From Kiritimatiellia bacterium (GTDB lineage Bacteria; Verrucomicrobiota; Kiritimatiellia; CAIKKV01): DNA of 41,767 nucleotides. The stretch's first letter is position 1. Each line of letters starts with the position of its first letter. The DNA is taken from positions 1 to 41,767 of the forward strand of contig CAXNFL010000001.1 in NCBI GenBank assembly GCA_964201555.1, in the 5' to 3' direction. The notes under the pieces are model-generated. The model was not told the origin of the DNA. It was given only the letters and a program-made list of their open reading frames with translations, and ran no database searches. This document shows, piece by piece, positions 39,115 to 41,767 of the stretch. A program made the translations under genes and the position numbers.

Positions 39115-41767
39115 TTGTTTATCTGGGAAAAAAACTGGATTCCGGCGGGCGTGGACGAGCCCCCGCTGCGGGATGAGCTGCTCAGCGCCGACCAACTGAA
39201 GCAGCATGGCCGCCATATCGCCGCCCTTCACCAGGTCGTCTCCCGCTGGTCGCGCGAACGGCTGCTTGCCCGCCTCGCCGAAAATGAGACGATCCTGGTG
39301 GACGTCAGCAAGATGCTGATCCGCATCCTCGCCGAAAAACGGCGGATCATGCCCGCCGCGGAGTGGCTGCTCGACAACTTCTACCTGATCGAAGAGCAGA
39401 TCCGCATGGCCCGGCGCCACCTGCCCCGCGGCTACAGCCGCGAGCTGCCCCGCCTGGCCAAGGGCCCCTCGGCCGGCCTCCCGCGCGTCTACAGCATCGC
39501 CCTGGAGGCCATCTCCCACGGCGACGGCAAGCTGGACCCCGACAGCCTCGCCCTCTTCGTCACCGCCTACCAGTCCGTCCAGCCCCTCCAGCTGGGCGAG
39601 CTCTGGGCCATCCCCATCATGCTCCGCCTCGCCCTCATCGAAAACCTGCGCCGCGTGGCCGTCCGCATCGCCGCCGGCAACCAGGACCGCGAGCGGGCCG
39701 CCGCGTGGGCGGCCCAGATGCGCGAGGCGGCCGAGAAGGACCCCAAAACCCTCATCCTCGTCACGGCCGACATGGCCCGCTCCACCCCCGCCATGACCAG
39801 CGCGTTCGTGGCCGAGTTCGTCAACCAATTACAGGGCCAGAACTCCTCGGTGGCGCTGCCCCTCACGTGGATCGAGCAGCGGCTCTCGGAGTTCAACCAG
39901 ACCACCGAGCAGCTCGTACACGCCGAAATCCAGCAGCAGGCCGCCGACCACGTTTCCATCACCAACAGCATCGGCAGCCTGCGCACCCTCGGCACCACGG
40001 ACTGGCGCACCTTCGTCGAAAACCTCAGCATCGTCGAGCACCGGCTGCGGGAAGACCCCGCCGCCGTCTATCTCCAGATGGATTTCCAGACCCGCGACCG
40101 GTACCGCCGCGCCGTCGAAAAGCGCGCCCGCAAAAGCGGGGAAACGGAGGAAGAGGTCGCCCGGCAGGCGGTCGAACGCGCCCGCTCCGCCATCTGCCCG
40201 CCCGGCGACGACCGGCCCCGCCATGTGGGCTTCCACCTCCTCGGCTCCGGCTGCCGCCGCCGCCGCCGCCTGGCGCTCTACCTCGGCTCCGTCGCCCTGC
40301 TCACCCTTCTCTTCGCCGCCGCCCTGCCTCTCCAGCCGCCTTCCCTCCGGCTGAATCCCGACGCCCTGGCCGCCGCCCTGCTGGGCTCGTTCTGCGCGGT
40401 CCACGTGGCGCTCGCGCTCGTCAACTGGCTGATCACCTTCTTCGCCAAACCCCTGCTGCTGCCGAGGCTCGACTATTCGGAAGGCATTCCCGCGGAATCC
40501 CGCACCCTCGTGGTCATTCCCACCCTCCTCACCTCGCCGGAGGCCGTTCAATCCCTGACCGAAATGCTCGAAATCCGCTTCCTCGCCAGCCGCGACAAAA
40601 ACCTGAGCGTCGGGCTGTTGACCGATCTTCCCGATGCCGCCCAGCCCCTGCTTCCCGGCGATGAGGAGCTGGTGGAGCTGGCCAGCCTGAAGATCATGGA
40701 GCTGAACAACAAGTATGCCCAGCCCCACAACGGCTCCTTCTTCCTCTTCCACCGGCCGCGCCGCTACAATCCCCAGGAAGGCGCGTGGATGGGCTATGAG
40801 CGCAAGCGCGGCAAGCTGGGCGCCGTCAACGCCCTCCTGCGCGGGGCCCCCTGGGGCGGCCCCGACGACGCCTTTTCGCACGTGACGGGCCCCCTGGCCG
40901 CCCTCCAGGATATCAAGTACATCATCACGCTCGACACCGACACCCAGCTGCCGCGCGATGCCGCCCGCCTTCTTGTGGGCACCCTGGCCCACCCGCTGAA
41001 TTGCCCCCGCCTCGACCCCCAAACCGGCCGCCTGTTCGCCGGCTACGCCATCCTCCAGCCCCGCGTCACCGAAACCCCCTCCCCCGCCAAGCGGAGCCGC
41101 TACGCGCTGCTCTTCGGGCAGGAGCCCGGCATCGACCCCTACACCCGGGCCAACGCCGAGATCTACCAGGACCTGTTCGACGAGGGCTCCTTCATCGGAA
41201 AAGGCATCTATGAGGTGGACGCGTTCGAAAAAGCCATCGACAACCGCCTGCCCGAAAACCGGATCCTGAGCCACGACCTCATCGAAGGCTGCTACGCCCG
41301 CTCCGGCCACATCAGCGACGTGCAGCTGCTCGAGGCCTATCCGACGCGCTACGAAACCGACGCCTACCGCCGCCACCGCTGGATCCGGGGCGACTGGCAG
41401 ATCGCCGCGTGGATCCGCTCGCGGGTTCCCGGCCGGGGGAACAGCCGCGCCGTTCCCAATCCGCTCGACTGGCTCTCGCAGTGGAAAATTCTCGACAACC
41501 TGCGCCGCAGCCTCGTGCCCCCCGCCGCGCTCCTGCTCCTGCTTCTCGCCTGGCTGCGGCTGCCCAACCCCTCCTTCTGGATCCTCACCGCCCTGGCCCC
41601 CTTCCTGATGCCGCCCCTCTTTGCCTGCCTGCCCGGCTTTCTCCGGAAACAGGAGGATGTTCCCCTTTCCCGCCACCTCGCCGCCGCCGGCCAGGGCTGC
41701 CTGCGGCGCCTCGGCCAGGTGCTCTTCACCCTCGCCTGCCTGCCCGCGGAGGCCGTCTCCAATCTCG
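39115..41767 (+). CDS. ndvB: Cyclic beta-1,2-glucan synthase (NdvB/ChvB/Cgs family), N-terminal 884 codons; continues past window end
   Basis: Not in the ORF track because it has no stop in the window; hand translated. Contains AAEWLLDNFYLIEEQIRMARRHLPRGYSRELPRL, LGELWAIPIMLRLALIENLRR and TM segments. The GT84-type catalytic region contains TLVVIPTLL, YIITLDTDTQLPRDAA, FIGKGIYEVDAF and HDLIEGCYARSG..QLLE. I propose the start at TTG 39115 (GAAGGGGG 6 nt upstream), which is the first in-frame start after the preceding gene. GTG 39151 is an alternative. Confidence 0.85.
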   Translation, partial: MFIWEKNWIPAGVDEPPLRDELLSADQLKQHGRHIAALHQVVSRWSRERLLARLAENETILVDVSKMLIRILAEKRRIMPAAEWLLDNFYLIEEQIRMARRHLPRGYSRELPRLAKGPSAGLPRVYSIALEAISHGDGKLDPDSLALFVTAYQSVQPLQLGELWAIPIMLRLALIENLRRVAVRIAAGNQDRERAAAWAAQMREAAEKDPKTLILVTADMARSTPAMTSAFVAEFVNQLQGQNSSVALPLTWIEQRLSEFNQTTEQLVHAEIQQQAADHVSITNSIGSLRTLGTTDWRTFVENLSIVEHRLREDPAAVYLQMDFQTRDRYRRAVEKRARKSGETEEEVARQAVERARSAICPPGDDRPRHVGFHLLGSGCRRRRRLALYLGSVALLTLLFAAALPLQPPSLRLNPDALAAALLGSFCAVHVALALVNWLITFFAKPLLLPRLDYSEGIPAESRTLVVIPTLLTSPEAVQSLTEMLEIRFLASRDKNLSVGLLTDLPDAAQPLLPGDEELVELASLKIMELNNKYAQPHNGSFFLFHRPRRYNPQEGAWMGYERKRGKLGAVNALLRGAPWGGPDDAFSHVTGPLAALQDIKYIITLDTDTQLPRDAARLLVGTLAHPLNCPRLDPQTGRLFAGYAILQPRVTETPSPAKRSRYALLFGQEPGIDPYTRANAEIYQDLFDEGSFIGKGIYEVDAFEKAIDNRLPENRILSHDLIEGCYARSGHISDVQLLEAYPTRYETDAYRRHRWIRGDWQIAAWIRSRVPGRGNSRAVPNPLDWLSQWKILDNLRRSLVPPAALLLLLLAWLRLPNPSFWILTALAPFLMPPLFACLPGFLRKQEDVPLSRHLAAAGQGCLRRLGQVLFTLACLPAEAVSNL

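Noticed and set aside
39046-41676. ORFs 39046..39828 (-), 39829..41676 (-) and 39363..40664 (+)
   Set aside because: These are shadow and alternative frames of the cyclic glucan synthase gene, whose own frame is missing from the track only because it has no stop in the window.
1-41767. Search for CRISPR arrays, tRNA/rRNA genes, IS elements or integrases, and prophage or defence genes
   Set aside because: I saw no regularly spaced direct repeats, T-loop-like GGTTCGAATCC motifs, or transposase, integrase, nuclease or helicase-like ORFs. The only repeats are the paralogue pairs and the 20-nt hairpin duplicate. This was a visual scan only, so small elements could have been missed.

Overview
This is a 41.8-kb, visibly GC-rich bacterial chromosomal window. 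Third codon positions are mostly G/C, and there are many long antisense shadow ORFs (GC content not computed). I can support about 34 protein-coding genes. I found no rRNA, tRNA, CRISPR array, transposase or integrase.

The left 15 kb is one co-directional minus-strand block, listed here in transcription order:
- an ECF sigma factor with an RsrA-like zinc anti-sigma factor;
- two tiny Cys-motif membrane proteins (one, 55 aa, is absent from the ORF track) followed by a TolC/MFP/RND efflux pump;
- a PAS/sigma-54 enhancer-binding protein whose gene starts 19 nt after the pump gene;
- a TGGCAC-N5-ATGCA sigma-54 promoter driving a tightly packed seven-gene operon: orphan NifX-like domains, two MinD/CooC-type 4Fe-4S ATPases, a C_GCAxxG_C_C protein, an Mrp-NifX fusion, a PaaI thioesterase and an archaeal-type 1-Cys peroxiredoxin;
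- a small Cys/His membrane protein and a His-loop outer-membrane protein that runs off the window start.

The right 26 kb contains:
- an alpha/beta hydrolase, two PIN toxin-antitoxin pairs and an FbpABC/ThiBPQ-type ABC importer;
- envelope-glycan genes: a DUF4838-like hydrolase, a GT-C-like polytopic membrane protein, a hexapeptide acyltransferase, an AsnB-type amidotransferase, a SAM methyltransferase, and the first 884 codons of a cyclic beta-1,2-glucan synthase;
- tandem small outer-membrane beta-barrels and malate dehydrogenase;
- a tandem pair of large secreted paralogues of unknown function next to an RHH-like unknown protein.

The best candidates for something new are:
1. the sigma-54 NifX/MinD-ferredoxin/Mrp/peroxiredoxin operon;
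2. the thiol-switch ECF module that appears to drive an RND pump plus Cys-motif mini-proteins, and possibly the sigma-54 activator;
3. the secreted paralogue pair;
4. a recurrent leaderless-promoter architecture.

All family calls are motif recognition by eye. No search, alignment or fold prediction was run.
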